From IMG/VR virus record IMGVR_UViG_3300030419_004471, positions 124,001-188,000 of that record: DNA of 64,000 bases. One strand, written 5' to 3'. The notes under the pieces were generated by a model. It searched no databases. It was not told the DNA's origin and worked only from the letters and a program-made list of their open reading frames with translations. The position numbers and the translations under genes are program-made. Of the stretch, positions 38,038-46,500 are shown piece by piece (positions within the stretch are counted from its first letter, which is position 1; every line of letters starts with the position of its first letter).

Positions 38038-39084
38038 TTATTTCGTAATTATATTTCCAAAAGTATCCCTCAACCAATCATTAAAATTTTTACCAAATGC
38101 ATCAGTAACCTTATATTTTACTAATGTTTTCATAATATCTAATTTATTGATTGGATTTACTTCTTCATCATATCTATCTAAGATATTCATCTTAATGTTA
38201 CCACTAATATCTGGGTCATGCAATTGCATCAATTCTCTATTCATTAAGATTTGTTCTTTTGAATTTAATATCTCATCATAAATTTTAAGCTTTCCTTTCT
38301 TTTCATCAGCTAATTTTAATAAATCTTCAACTGATATTTTTTTATTTTCTGTAATTTCAGGAAATCTTTTAACTAATGTTTTAATACCACATCCGTGAAC
38401 ACCTGGTATATTATCTGAAGTATCACCATCTAATACTCTAAATAGTAATAAATTTTTAGATTCAATACCATATTCTTCCTTTACCAACTCTTTGTTGTAA
38501 AGTTTCTTTTTGGTAGGAGACCAAACGATGGTCGTATCATCTACTAATTGTAGGAAATCCTTATCAGTAGACATAACCACCGCTTGTTCGTTCTCTTTAA
38601 GAAGTTGGGTACTAATGTACGCCATTACATCATCCGCTTCACAACCATCGTAAATCATTGTTGTAATAGGTAAATAATTTAAGATATCAGCTAACCAAAC
38701 GAATTGTCTCTTCATTGATTCTCTTTCATCTTCTTCATTCATCAAATCAGCATATTGTCTATTGACTCTTAACTTATTTTTTGAACGTTCTGATTTATAC
38801 CCACTAAATCTTTTCTTTCTTTTCTGAGAACCTCCCTTACCATCAAAAACTACAATGACTCTTGTCGGTTGAGTGTTTCTAATCGCATAACCTATTGATT
38901 TCAGAACACCAGTTACACCACCAACGTGGTCACCATCATCATTCATTGTAGGAATGGATGACCAGCATCTGATAAATGTATTTAAACCATCGATAATTAG
39001 AACTCGGTCATTTCGTTTCCTATCGATATTTTGGTCGTGTGCTCTTTCAACCGAATTAAGTATGTCTTTGTAGAGTTTCTTCAT
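38038..39084 (-). CDS. rnh: 5'-3' exonuclease / T4 RNase H-like
   Basis: IIDG, VFDG, YK..R, EADD, STDKDF, GDTSDNIPGV. Confidence 0.92.
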   Translation of the reverse strand: MKKLYKDILNSVERAHDQNIDRKRNDRVLIIDGLNTFIRCWSSIPTMNDDGDHVGGVTGVLKSIGYAIRNTQPTRVIVVFDGKGGSQKRKKRFSGYKSERSKNKLRVNRQYADLMNEEDERESMKRQFVWLADILNYLPITTMIYDGCEADDVMAYISTQLLKENEQAVVMSTDKDFLQLVDDTTIVWSPTKKKLYNKELVKEEYGIESKNLLLFRVLDGDTSDNIPGVHGCGIKTLVKRFPEITENKKISVEDLLKLADEKKGKLKIYDEILNSKEQILMNRELMQLHDPDISGNIKMNILDRYDEEVNPINKLDIMKTLVKYKVTDAFGKNFNDWLRDTFGNIITK

Positions 39085-39317
39085 TAAAGTACTTCTTTTG
39101 TTGTTGAAAAATACTTTTCTAATGTTTCTAATCTCTCATCAGCAGATGCTAATAACTTTAAAGCTTGTGTTGCATTATCCCAAAAATCTTTTGTGGAATG
39201 GTCTCCGATTCCAGCAGGAAAGTTTTTCAGTAAATCCAATGATAACAAAGCTTTGTTCTTATCAGCTTCAGCTTCTGATTTTAACATGTCAAATATTCTT
39301 TTATCTATTTTTGCCAT
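39084..39317 (-). CDS. conserved phage hypothetical protein
   Basis: P.GIGDHS helical hairpin. Confidence 0.6.
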   Translation of the reverse strand: MAKIDKRIFDMLKSEAEADKNKALLSLDLLKNFPAGIGDHSTKDFWDNATQALKLLASADERLETLEKYFSTTKEVL

Positions 39318-39321
39318 AATT

Positions 39322-40443
39322 TTAATCATTTTCACCAGGTAACTCAGTATCTACTTCCATAGCATCTATATCTAATGTATCTGATTTGTATTGAAGTATT
39401 GTTGATTCACATATCTTTTTGTAAATCTGGTCTCTAACTTCTTCTCTATCATCCATCAATTCGATAAAATCCTTAGATTGAAACTTTAGTTCTTCACCAG
39501 TTTCAGTATCTATGTAAGTGTACCAAGCGCCAGCTTGTTTTACTAATTTATTATCTTTCATTACTCGTAACCAAGAACCATAGTTATCAATACCTCTATC
39601 GAAGTAGATTTCAAAATCAGCCGCTCTTAAAGGTGGCCCCATTCGATTCTTTATTACTTGACATCTCACTTTCATACCAACAACCTTATCCAATCCATTC
39701 ACTTTCATTTTGATTTGCCCCATTCCCTTCAATCTCAGTCTAACTGAAGAGTGGAAAGCTAGTGCTTTACCACCTGAAGTAGTCCAAGGGTCACCAAACA
39801 TTGCGTTCATTTTTTGTCTAAGTTGATTAGTAAATACTAATGAAATTTTCTGTCTACCAATCATATTGGTAATCTTTCTCATCGCCTTAGAAATAATAAT
39901 AGCTTTATCTGTAGCATATCCATCTTTATTATAATCAGCTGCTAACTCATTCTTAGTTGAAGCTGCTGCTACTGAATCTACTACGATTGTAACTAATTTA
40001 TCTCTTGAGGTTTGTCTTACCTTTTCAATGATAGTTTCACAATAATCAAAGATTTGTTCAACAGAATCCGCTGATACATAAAGAAGTTTAGAAACATCAA
40101 CACCGATAGCTTCTAAAAATTCTCTACTTACTGCAGTTTCGGTATCAATTAATACAGCTACACCACCTTGCTTTTGTGTTTCAGCAAGACAATGAGCAGA
40201 TACTAATGATTTACCACTCTGTTCCAAACCTGTAATCTCTGTAATTCTACCAACAGGCAACCCACCATATGGGCGATTAGAAATTGCAACATCCAACATA
40301 GCACATCCAGTCGAAATCCAACCCTCAACATTTGTGGGTGCTTCATCCGAATCAAGGAAAAATGCTACCTTCTGGTCTTTCGCTGATTTATTCAGCTCGC
40401 CAGCTAGAATATCTGCTAGTTCTAATTCTTTTTTCTTTGCCAT
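39322..40443 (-). CDS. uvsX: RecA/UvsX recombinase
   Basis: GLEQSGKS, DTE, VDSVAA, TNQLR, GGKALAF. Confidence 0.93.
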   Translation of the reverse strand: MAKKKELELADILAGELNKSAKDQKVAFFLDSDEAPTNVEGWISTGCAMLDVAISNRPYGGLPVGRITEITGLEQSGKSLVSAHCLAETQKQGGVAVLIDTETAVSREFLEAIGVDVSKLLYVSADSVEQIFDYCETIIEKVRQTSRDKLVTIVVDSVAAASTKNELAADYNKDGYATDKAIIISKAMRKITNMIGRQKISLVFTNQLRQKMNAMFGDPWTTSGGKALAFHSSVRLRLKGMGQIKMKVNGLDKVVGMKVRCQVIKNRMGPPLRAADFEIYFDRGIDNYGSWLRVMKDNKLVKQAGAWYTYIDTETGEELKFQSKDFIELMDDREEVRDQIYKKICESTILQYKSDTLDIDAMEVDTELPGEND

Positions 40444-40456
40444 TTAGTTTTTAATA

Positions 40457-41284
40457 TTATTTGTTAAACAAATCATCAAATGCAGCCGCAACATCATCAG
40501 TTTTCTTAGATGTTTTTGGTTTATCATCAGTATCAAATGGTAAATCATCAACTTCTTTTTCTGATTTAACCTCTTTGTTTGATAATGTTTCCTCAGCTAC
40601 TGAAGGTTCACCATCTTCATTTTTATCTGAAGTTGGATTTAACCATCCTTCTAATACTGCTTTTAATTCATCATAAGATAATTCTGAATATAAATCAGTA
40701 ATTTCAGTTTGAGTTTCTAAAAATTTAGTAACATCTTCAGCTTTATCAGATAATGCACTTTGATTTGGTTTAACTCTAATAGTTGTAACAGGATATGAAG
40801 TTCCTGCTTCTTCGGCAGATTGGTATTCTATAGTAATATCTCTACCCGTTTTAGGGTCTGTTATATCACCATAATCTGGGTCTGCTATATATCCAAGAAT
40901 TTCTTGATATACAGTTTTACCGAATCCCCAAAATTTGATTCCTTCTCCTTCTTGTCCTCTCACTAAAATAGGAACGAAAGTTCTTAATTTCGGCTCCATC
41001 TGCTTAGCAGCTTTCCAATCTTCCTTATCACCCATTCTTTTCAATCTATCAGCAAACTCAACTATAGGGTCAGGTCTACCAAATGATTGTGGTGAGAGAT
41101 AAGTTTTATTATTAATGTTGTAGTGAAAATACAATTCGATGAAAGGATTATCTTTTTCGAATTTGTAGGGAACGATTCTGACTTGATGTTTACCAGGTGT
41201 TGGTTTCCATAGATTGTCAGACTTCTTTTGTGTGTTTTGTAGTTTGTTCAGTCTACCTCTGATTGCGTCAATATTAATTGCCAT
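40457..41284 (-). CDS. 32: single-stranded DNA-binding protein (gp32-like)
   Basis: DPI.E, FGKTVY, DITD...GRD, acidic C-terminal tail ending FDDLF. Confidence 0.85.
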   Translation of the reverse strand: MAINIDAIRGRLNKLQNTQKKSDNLWKPTPGKHQVRIVPYKFEKDNPFIELYFHYNINNKTYLSPQSFGRPDPIVEFADRLKRMGDKEDWKAAKQMEPKLRTFVPILVRGQEGEGIKFWGFGKTVYQEILGYIADPDYGDITDPKTGRDITIEYQSAEEAGTSYPVTTIRVKPNQSALSDKAEDVTKFLETQTEITDLYSELSYDELKAVLEGWLNPTSDKNEDGEPSVAEETLSNKEVKSEKEVDDLPFDTDDKPKTSKKTDDVAAAFDDLFNK

Positions 41285-41363
41285 AATTTACTCCTTTTAA
41301 GTGTTAATATAATTTTAAATTTTACAGTTTAGTTTGAGATGCGTTTCTTACATCCGGTGTATA

Positions 41364-41371
41364 TATAAATA
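41364..41371 (-). promoter_or_regulatory. putative late-type promoter TATTTATA
   Basis: Motif about 80 nt upstream of the gp32 start. Confidence 0.5.
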
Positions 41372-41415
41372 TAACAAACTTCCAAAAACCACCGATATTT
41401 TTAGAGTTTTTTTAA

Positions 41416-41760
41416 CTATTTTGCCCACTTTTTTCGGTTAACAATTTGAGAGATAACACCATAGACTGAAAGGTCTTGATATGTATCTTCTATTGCTTCA
41501 CCAACCTCATCAGGTTGACCTTTTACAACCAATTGTTTTAACCTCTGAATCTTATCGTTTTTTCTAAACCAAAGACCAGTAAGCGCAACGTTAATATCAT
41601 CCGATGATTCCAATACTGAACCTACTGATATATTATCAGGTCCATAATTTCTTTGTTTCTTACAAAATGTATCGTACATCTCATCTAATATTTTTTTAAA
41701 TTCTTGAGTTGTTGCTGGAAATTTATCCTCACAATACTCAATCGCAGTTTGTTTTTTCAT
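41416..41760 (-). CDS. DUF1599 / nucleotide-modification-associated (MazG-like) protein
   Basis: KKQRNYG, NDKIQRL, EAIEDTYQDLSVY. Confidence 0.75.
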   Translation of the reverse strand: MKKQTAIEYCEDKFPATTQEFKKILDEMYDTFCKKQRNYGPDNISVGSVLESSDDINVALTGLWFRKNDKIQRLKQLVVKGQPDEVGEAIEDTYQDLSVYGVISQIVNRKKWAK

Positions 41761-41780
41761 ATAATATAACTTTATTTCTA

Positions 41781-41812
41781 CTAATATACAAAAAATTTTT
41801 CACATTTCCAAA
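41781..41812 (-). promoter_or_regulatory. Bacteroidota-type early promoter
   Basis: TTTGGA...TGTATATTAG. Confidence 0.65.
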
Positions 41813-44326
41813 TTAAAATGAAAAAAACTTTTCAGCTGTTTTTGTTGAGGATAAAACCTCACCCCATTTCATAGCCCCATAAAAATCCTCTAACTTCTTT
41901 AAAAGTTCTCTTTCAAAGATTTTATCATAATCAATATAGGTCTTTACTAAATCCATAATTTCCTTTGGGTCATCATATCCTTTGAATGCTACTCCATCTA
42001 ATCCCATTGGATTTTGTTTAAGATACACCCATTTAACCTTATCACCATTTTTCATAGGTTCATATTTCATCTCACATTTAAAATGAGATAATAGTTGATT
42101 AAATGCTATAGCTGCTTTTACGTGAGCTGGTGTGCCTGATACAAATTGGAACATTCTGATTTGTTTACCCTTTGGAAGATATTTTGTTAAATTCTTTACA
42201 GATGTATTTTTTGCAATATCTACAACATTCATCTGAGATAAATTATTTTTGAAATCATAAATCTTATCAGTAAGTTCAGTTTCCGTTTTACCTTTTAGAA
42301 TATCAATTAGAACTTCACTCATAAACTTTCTAAATGCCGCTGGATAAGATGACCTAACAACATCTAAGCCCTTTACATCTAATTTATTAACAGATACACC
42401 ATTATCAGATATAATCCATTGTGCGTATCGTTTTTTAGCTATCCAAATACCTGATTTAGAAACATATTCTTTTTTAATCTCAAATCTATGTTTATCAATA
42501 TTGAAAATTCTTTTTGCAAGTATATCATAAAAATCATTTAGATAATCTTGCATTTCTCCTGCTATTCCATTTACGAAACCAGCGATATCATCATCAGAAT
42601 TATCTCTCCAAGTTGGGTTTCTACTATCAAGTAAGGGAGTAGCACTAAAAAAAACGGAATCAGTGTCAATGTATATATTACTATCCAAATCGGGATTACC
42701 CAATTCTTTATTGTACCTGATGTTAGCCATGTCAGCAGTTGACTTAATAACTGTCTGTCCTGTCGTGGTAACAGCGGTAGCATTATCAACATCATAAAAC
42801 CTAAAGGCAGGAAGGCCAAGCACCCCATATAAAGAATTAAGTAGAATTTTTTGTACCAATTGACGTTTTTTATACCATTCATATTTTTCATTATCTCCGC
42901 TTTTTCCATATTGTTTCATTTTATTTTTGAACTCAACTCTTTGATTAAACCAAATATCTAAGATATCAGGTATACAACCAACAGTATCAGTTCTATATAA
43001 TACACCATTAGATGCAACTGAAAATTTTGAATTATCTAAATACTTTTTAAGATTTTCTTTTGTAATCGTATCTTCACCGATTGTATAAGTATCCTTACCA
43101 CCCTTTACAAACTCATTCGCATCCCAATCATTAATCTTACCAATCTTAGTTTCTGGTGAGATATTAATACTCATAATAATAGATGGATATAGAGAAGTTA
43201 AATCTAAATCATAAATCCATTCATATTTTCCAACGATAGGTGCTTTTACATATGCTCCGATAAACTTCTCCTCATTGTTATCTCTTAATGCTTGCATTCT
43301 CTCCTGTCTATCAGCTGGTTTATTTGGTGCTACGATACCTTTTCTTTTCAAATAACATAACAATGCTCCTTCTAAGTATTTTGATGAATAAACAAAATCT
43401 TCGTATGGAACGTGACCTGCATGACAAATACCTCTTGCCGTATCGATGAATTGTAACTTCTTATCCATATCAACTACCAACTCAACATCCACTAAGTTAT
43501 ACTCAATAAACTTCTCTATATCATCTCTAAATAATTGGTCTAAGTTTCCTTGATATTCTACCTTACCTCTACCTAACTCTTTTGATGCAATACTATCTAA
43601 ACGATAATTGTCTAATTCTGTATAAGTAAAGTTTTTGTAAAGTGCTAAATAATCTAAATAAGATACACCAGCCATAAAGAATCTCTTACGATAAGGTGAC
43701 CAGAAACATTCACCGATTGGTGATAATCTATTTGCGTTTCTTTTACCTATAACATTTTTTATTCTATTATAAAGATATGGTGTATCAAAGTAATCTATAT
43801 TCCATCCAGTAACAATAGTTGGATTAATATATTCATATAGTTCTAAATATTTTTCTAATAATTCTGCTTCACTTCTAAATGGTAGTACAATAGCTTTATC
43901 AGTTTTCTTATTTGATAAAACATTATCTTTATCTAAAACCAAAACATAATATTGATTGGTAGCTGAATCATGCAATGCTATAGAAGTAATTTCATTCTTA
44001 GCTTCTTGCATATCAGGTAAACCTGTTTCCATCTCTACCTCAATATCATATGTAAGAGTTATATGCCCTTCTGATGGTAAATCCGAATCAGTATATGTAT
44101 CTACTAAAACTCTAGTCGTTTCTGCAACATCTGATTCAAAAAGATTAGGATTATCTTTATTGAATTTATATATCTTAGTTAACCTATCTCCATACAAAGA
44201 TACACACTCACCATTTTCTGCTTTTTCATATGCATATCTTGTATAAGGGAAAGTTCTGTAACCTAATTTATCATCCCATAAGTGTATGAGATTCTTCTGT
44301 CTTTGGTAATATACGTTTTGGTACAT
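41813..44326 (-). CDS. 43: family B DNA polymerase (gp43-like)
   Basis: DIE exonuclease motif, GWN..FD, DLTSLYPS, KILLNSLYG, YIDTDS, KKRY. Confidence 0.97.
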   Translation of the reverse strand: MYQNVYYQRQKNLIHLWDDKLGYRTFPYTRYAYEKAENGECVSLYGDRLTKIYKFNKDNPNLFESDVAETTRVLVDTYTDSDLPSEGHITLTYDIEVEMETGLPDMQEAKNEITSIALHDSATNQYYVLVLDKDNVLSNKKTDKAIVLPFRSEAELLEKYLELYEYINPTIVTGWNIDYFDTPYLYNRIKNVIGKRNANRLSPIGECFWSPYRKRFFMAGVSYLDYLALYKNFTYTELDNYRLDSIASKELGRGKVEYQGNLDQLFRDDIEKFIEYNLVDVELVVDMDKKLQFIDTARGICHAGHVPYEDFVYSSKYLEGALLCYLKRKGIVAPNKPADRQERMQALRDNNEEKFIGAYVKAPIVGKYEWIYDLDLTSLYPSIIMSINISPETKIGKINDWDANEFVKGGKDTYTIGEDTITKENLKKYLDNSKFSVASNGVLYRTDTVGCIPDILDIWFNQRVEFKNKMKQYGKSGDNEKYEWYKKRQLVQKILLNSLYGVLGLPAFRFYDVDNATAVTTTGQTVIKSTADMANIRYNKELGNPDLDSNIYIDTDSVFFSATPLLDSRNPTWRDNSDDDIAGFVNGIAGEMQDYLNDFYDILAKRIFNIDKHRFEIKKEYVSKSGIWIAKKRYAQWIISDNGVSVNKLDVKGLDVVRSSYPAAFRKFMSEVLIDILKGKTETELTDKIYDFKNNLSQMNVVDIAKNTSVKNLTKYLPKGKQIRMFQFVSGTPAHVKAAIAFNQLLSHFKCEMKYEPMKNGDKVKWVYLKQNPMGLDGVAFKGYDDPKEIMDLVKTYIDYDKIFERELLKKLEDFYGAMKWGEVLSSTKTAEKFFSF
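42571..42909 (-). CDS. candidate overprinted (+1 frame) membrane protein within polB
   Basis: 112 stop-free codons, two to three TM segments, coinciding with atypical synonymous codons in polB. Confidence 0.45.
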   Translation of the reverse strand: MEKAEIMKNMNGIKNVNWYKKFYLILYMGCLAFLPLGFMMLIMLPLLPRQDRQLLSQLLTWLTSGTIKNWVIPIWIVIYTLTLIPFFLVLLPYLIVETQLGEIILMMISLVS

Positions 44327-45456
44327 TAACTATTTAATTGTTTATGAAGTTCTTTAATCATTTTATCTTCGTTATTGGATAATTGTTTAGCTCTTTCGAT
44401 TGAACGAAGTTCTTGTGTAAATCTAAATATATCATCATCCAACATTTTATCTAACATTTCAAAGAAATCTTTCTTTTTTGTGAAAAATAATCCATCTGGG
44501 TCTATTTCTCTATAACATAAAGAATCTTGAAATATCATTGGAGTACCATTCATCATACAATCAGTACCACTAACACTCCAACCATAATTTGTTTGTCTCA
44601 TCTGTACACCAACTTTACAATTTTGTAATCTTTCGTAGTATTCATGCTTTGGAACTTTTGTATTATCAATCCAAGATTCACTTGGTTTACCTTTAAGTTG
44701 TGGCACCCATAAAACAAAATCATCTCTTTGTTTTCTATATTCCTTCATAAGTTTTAAAAACGCAGGCCATCCTTTGTAACCAGCAGCCCTATGATTGAAT
44801 ACAATAACATTTCTTTTTTCGTTTGAAGGTTTTTCAACTATAAATTCTTTTGGTAATCCTAAATTCCATACTGTAAGAATATCATCTAATTTATTTACAA
44901 ATTCTTCAGTAAATGTTTCTTTAGCTTCTTCTAATACTCTATTCTTTTGGTCTTGTGTATTTAAATAACAAGTATCCATTTGAGATACTCCTAATAATTC
45001 TATAGGTAACCACATCCATTTTGCTTTACCCGGCCTTCTATCTGCTCCATTTGCCGATTTCATTTCCCACCAATGACAATAACCAATTATTTTTGTATCC
45101 ATATTCTTTTTATATCTACCAGTCTGAACCCAATCTGGTAAATGAGAATATATTACATCATAATCTATGTCTTTTGATAATTTTATTAAATCTAATGGAG
45201 GGAATGCTCTTTGATTCATCATATCACCACTAAATGGTGCAATATGTTGTTTTACATTTTCTAAATTAAGTTTTCTTACTGGTTTTGGTAATATTACATT
45301 CCAAAAGTAATCACCTAATTTATCCAATGCAATAATATGGTTGTATAAAACATCCACAAATGAATCTTTTTCAATACTACCAGCATTCGTGATATTTGGT
45401 ATCACCAACACTTTTCTAGCATCTTTGTAATCTATTTTAGTTTCCCAAAAACTCAT
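44326..45456 (-). CDS. GT-B glycosyltransferase, candidate DNA-modifying enzyme
   Basis: VFNHR...KGW..F; WSVSGTDCMMNGTP; translationally coupled to polB. Confidence 0.7.
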   Translation of the reverse strand: MSFWETKIDYKDARKVLVIPNITNAGSIEKDSFVDVLYNHIIALDKLGDYFWNVILPKPVRKLNLENVKQHIAPFSGDMMNQRAFPPLDLIKLSKDIDYDVIYSHLPDWVQTGRYKKNMDTKIIGYCHWWEMKSANGADRRPGKAKWMWLPIELLGVSQMDTCYLNTQDQKNRVLEEAKETFTEEFVNKLDDILTVWNLGLPKEFIVEKPSNEKRNVIVFNHRAAGYKGWPAFLKLMKEYRKQRDDFVLWVPQLKGKPSESWIDNTKVPKHEYYERLQNCKVGVQMRQTNYGWSVSGTDCMMNGTPMIFQDSLCYREIDPDGLFFTKKKDFFEMLDKMLDDDIFRFTQELRSIERAKQLSNNEDKMIKELHKQLNS

Positions 45457-45465
45457 TATCTCTAT

Positions 45466-45972
45466 TTAGTGTATTTGGATTCCATTCTCATATATTTCTT
45501 TAGTTTGTAGGTGAGCTGCTAATCTTGGGTCTTTACCTTTATTCTTCTTCTTAAATTGTTTTTTTAGTTTTGGTAAAAGTAAATTATAAACAGTATCTCC
45601 ATCCAATTTCCATATCTCTGCTATTGGATTGCTTGGGTCTGTAGTAAATCTAGCAATATAATGGTTTTTATATTTTTTAATTTTTTCTTTTTTTAAATAA
45701 TCATTTTGTTCTTTCCAAGTATTAAATACGGAAATTCCAGAATATGCAGCTTTTATTTTATCAGCTGTTGTTGATTTATATTCACAATCTCCATCGGAGT
45801 CTATCCCATCAGCTCCACTCAATGTTTCCGCCACTTTATGACCAAGTTTAATTGCTATCAAAATCTCTCTACTTCGTGCATAAGAAAATGGGTCTCCCCA
45901 ATTTCCTTCTTTACAAGCCTCCATCATAAGATTCCAAGCTTTTGAATATTTTTGTTCTGGTGTTATACGCAT
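45466..45972 (-). CDS. PD-(D/E)xK type II restriction endonuclease-like protein (PvuII-like)
   Basis: RE...GADGIDSDGDCEYKS catalytic layout; C-terminal KDPR. Confidence 0.6.
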   Translation of the reverse strand: MRITPEQKYSKAWNLMMEACKEGNWGDPFSYARSREILIAIKLGHKVAETLSGADGIDSDGDCEYKSTTADKIKAAYSGISVFNTWKEQNDYLKKEKIKKYKNHYIARFTTDPSNPIAEIWKLDGDTVYNLLLPKLKKQFKKKNKGKDPRLAAHLQTKEIYENGIQIH

Positions 45973-45991
45973 ATTTTAGGGTTTTATGTTA

Positions 45992-46023
45992 CTAATATAC
46001 GAAATTATTTTGAATTATCCAAG
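45992..46023 (-). promoter_or_regulatory. Bacteroidota-type early promoter for the nuclease-GT-polB unit
   Basis: TTGGA...CGTATATTAG. Confidence 0.7.
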
Positions 46024-46047
46024 GAAAAAGTGAAGTTTTTTTCAGTT

Positions 46048-46443
46048 TTATGAAAATTTTATTACATCGAATACTCTTGTGTTGATTTTCTTAGTGCCTT
46101 CAACATTAGTTACTATGATTGAGTTTCTGAATTTATCCCAATCTACTGTAAAAGATTTATCAATTACACCATTATTCTCTTCTTTTATCAGTTCGTTTAA
46201 TGCGTTTATTGTGTACAATGTATTTGATTGTTTTTTTCTATGTACCAATATAGTATCAGATAATGGTTTATCTGGTTTATATTTAGTGTCTATATTATAA
46301 GTTACGAACAACTCTTCTAAATCTGATTTATTTTGAAGAACATAAATGTAGTTATAAACTATATGGTATGTTTCTCTGATGTCTTGAAGTGTTGTTTGTA
46401 ACCTCTCTTTTGTTGTAAAAGTACACAATAGTTGAGTTTTCAT
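46048..46443 (-). CDS. conserved phage hypothetical protein
   Basis: QLLCTF, HRKKQSNTLYTINALN; late motif at 46471-46478. Confidence 0.7.
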   Translation of the reverse strand: MKTQLLCTFTTKERLQTTLQDIRETYHIVYNYIYVLQNKSDLEELFVTYNIDTKYKPDKPLSDTILVHRKKQSNTLYTINALNELIKEENNGVIDKSFTVDWDKFRNSIIVTNVEGTKKINTRVFDVIKFS

Positions 46444-46500
46444 AAATCTTTCTTCCGATTTTTATACACCTATAAGTATTAATCGCAAAAAGATTAATTA

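Noticed and set aside
38510-38655. GC3-rich patch in rnh with a ~41-codon antisense ORF preceded by AGGAG
   Set aside because: Too short, no promoter, and sense alternative frames are closed; cannot be separated from chance
28950-44326. Introns or inteins in nrdA, nrdB, helicase, recA or polB
   Set aside because: All are uninterrupted and of normal length, with no intein splice motifs
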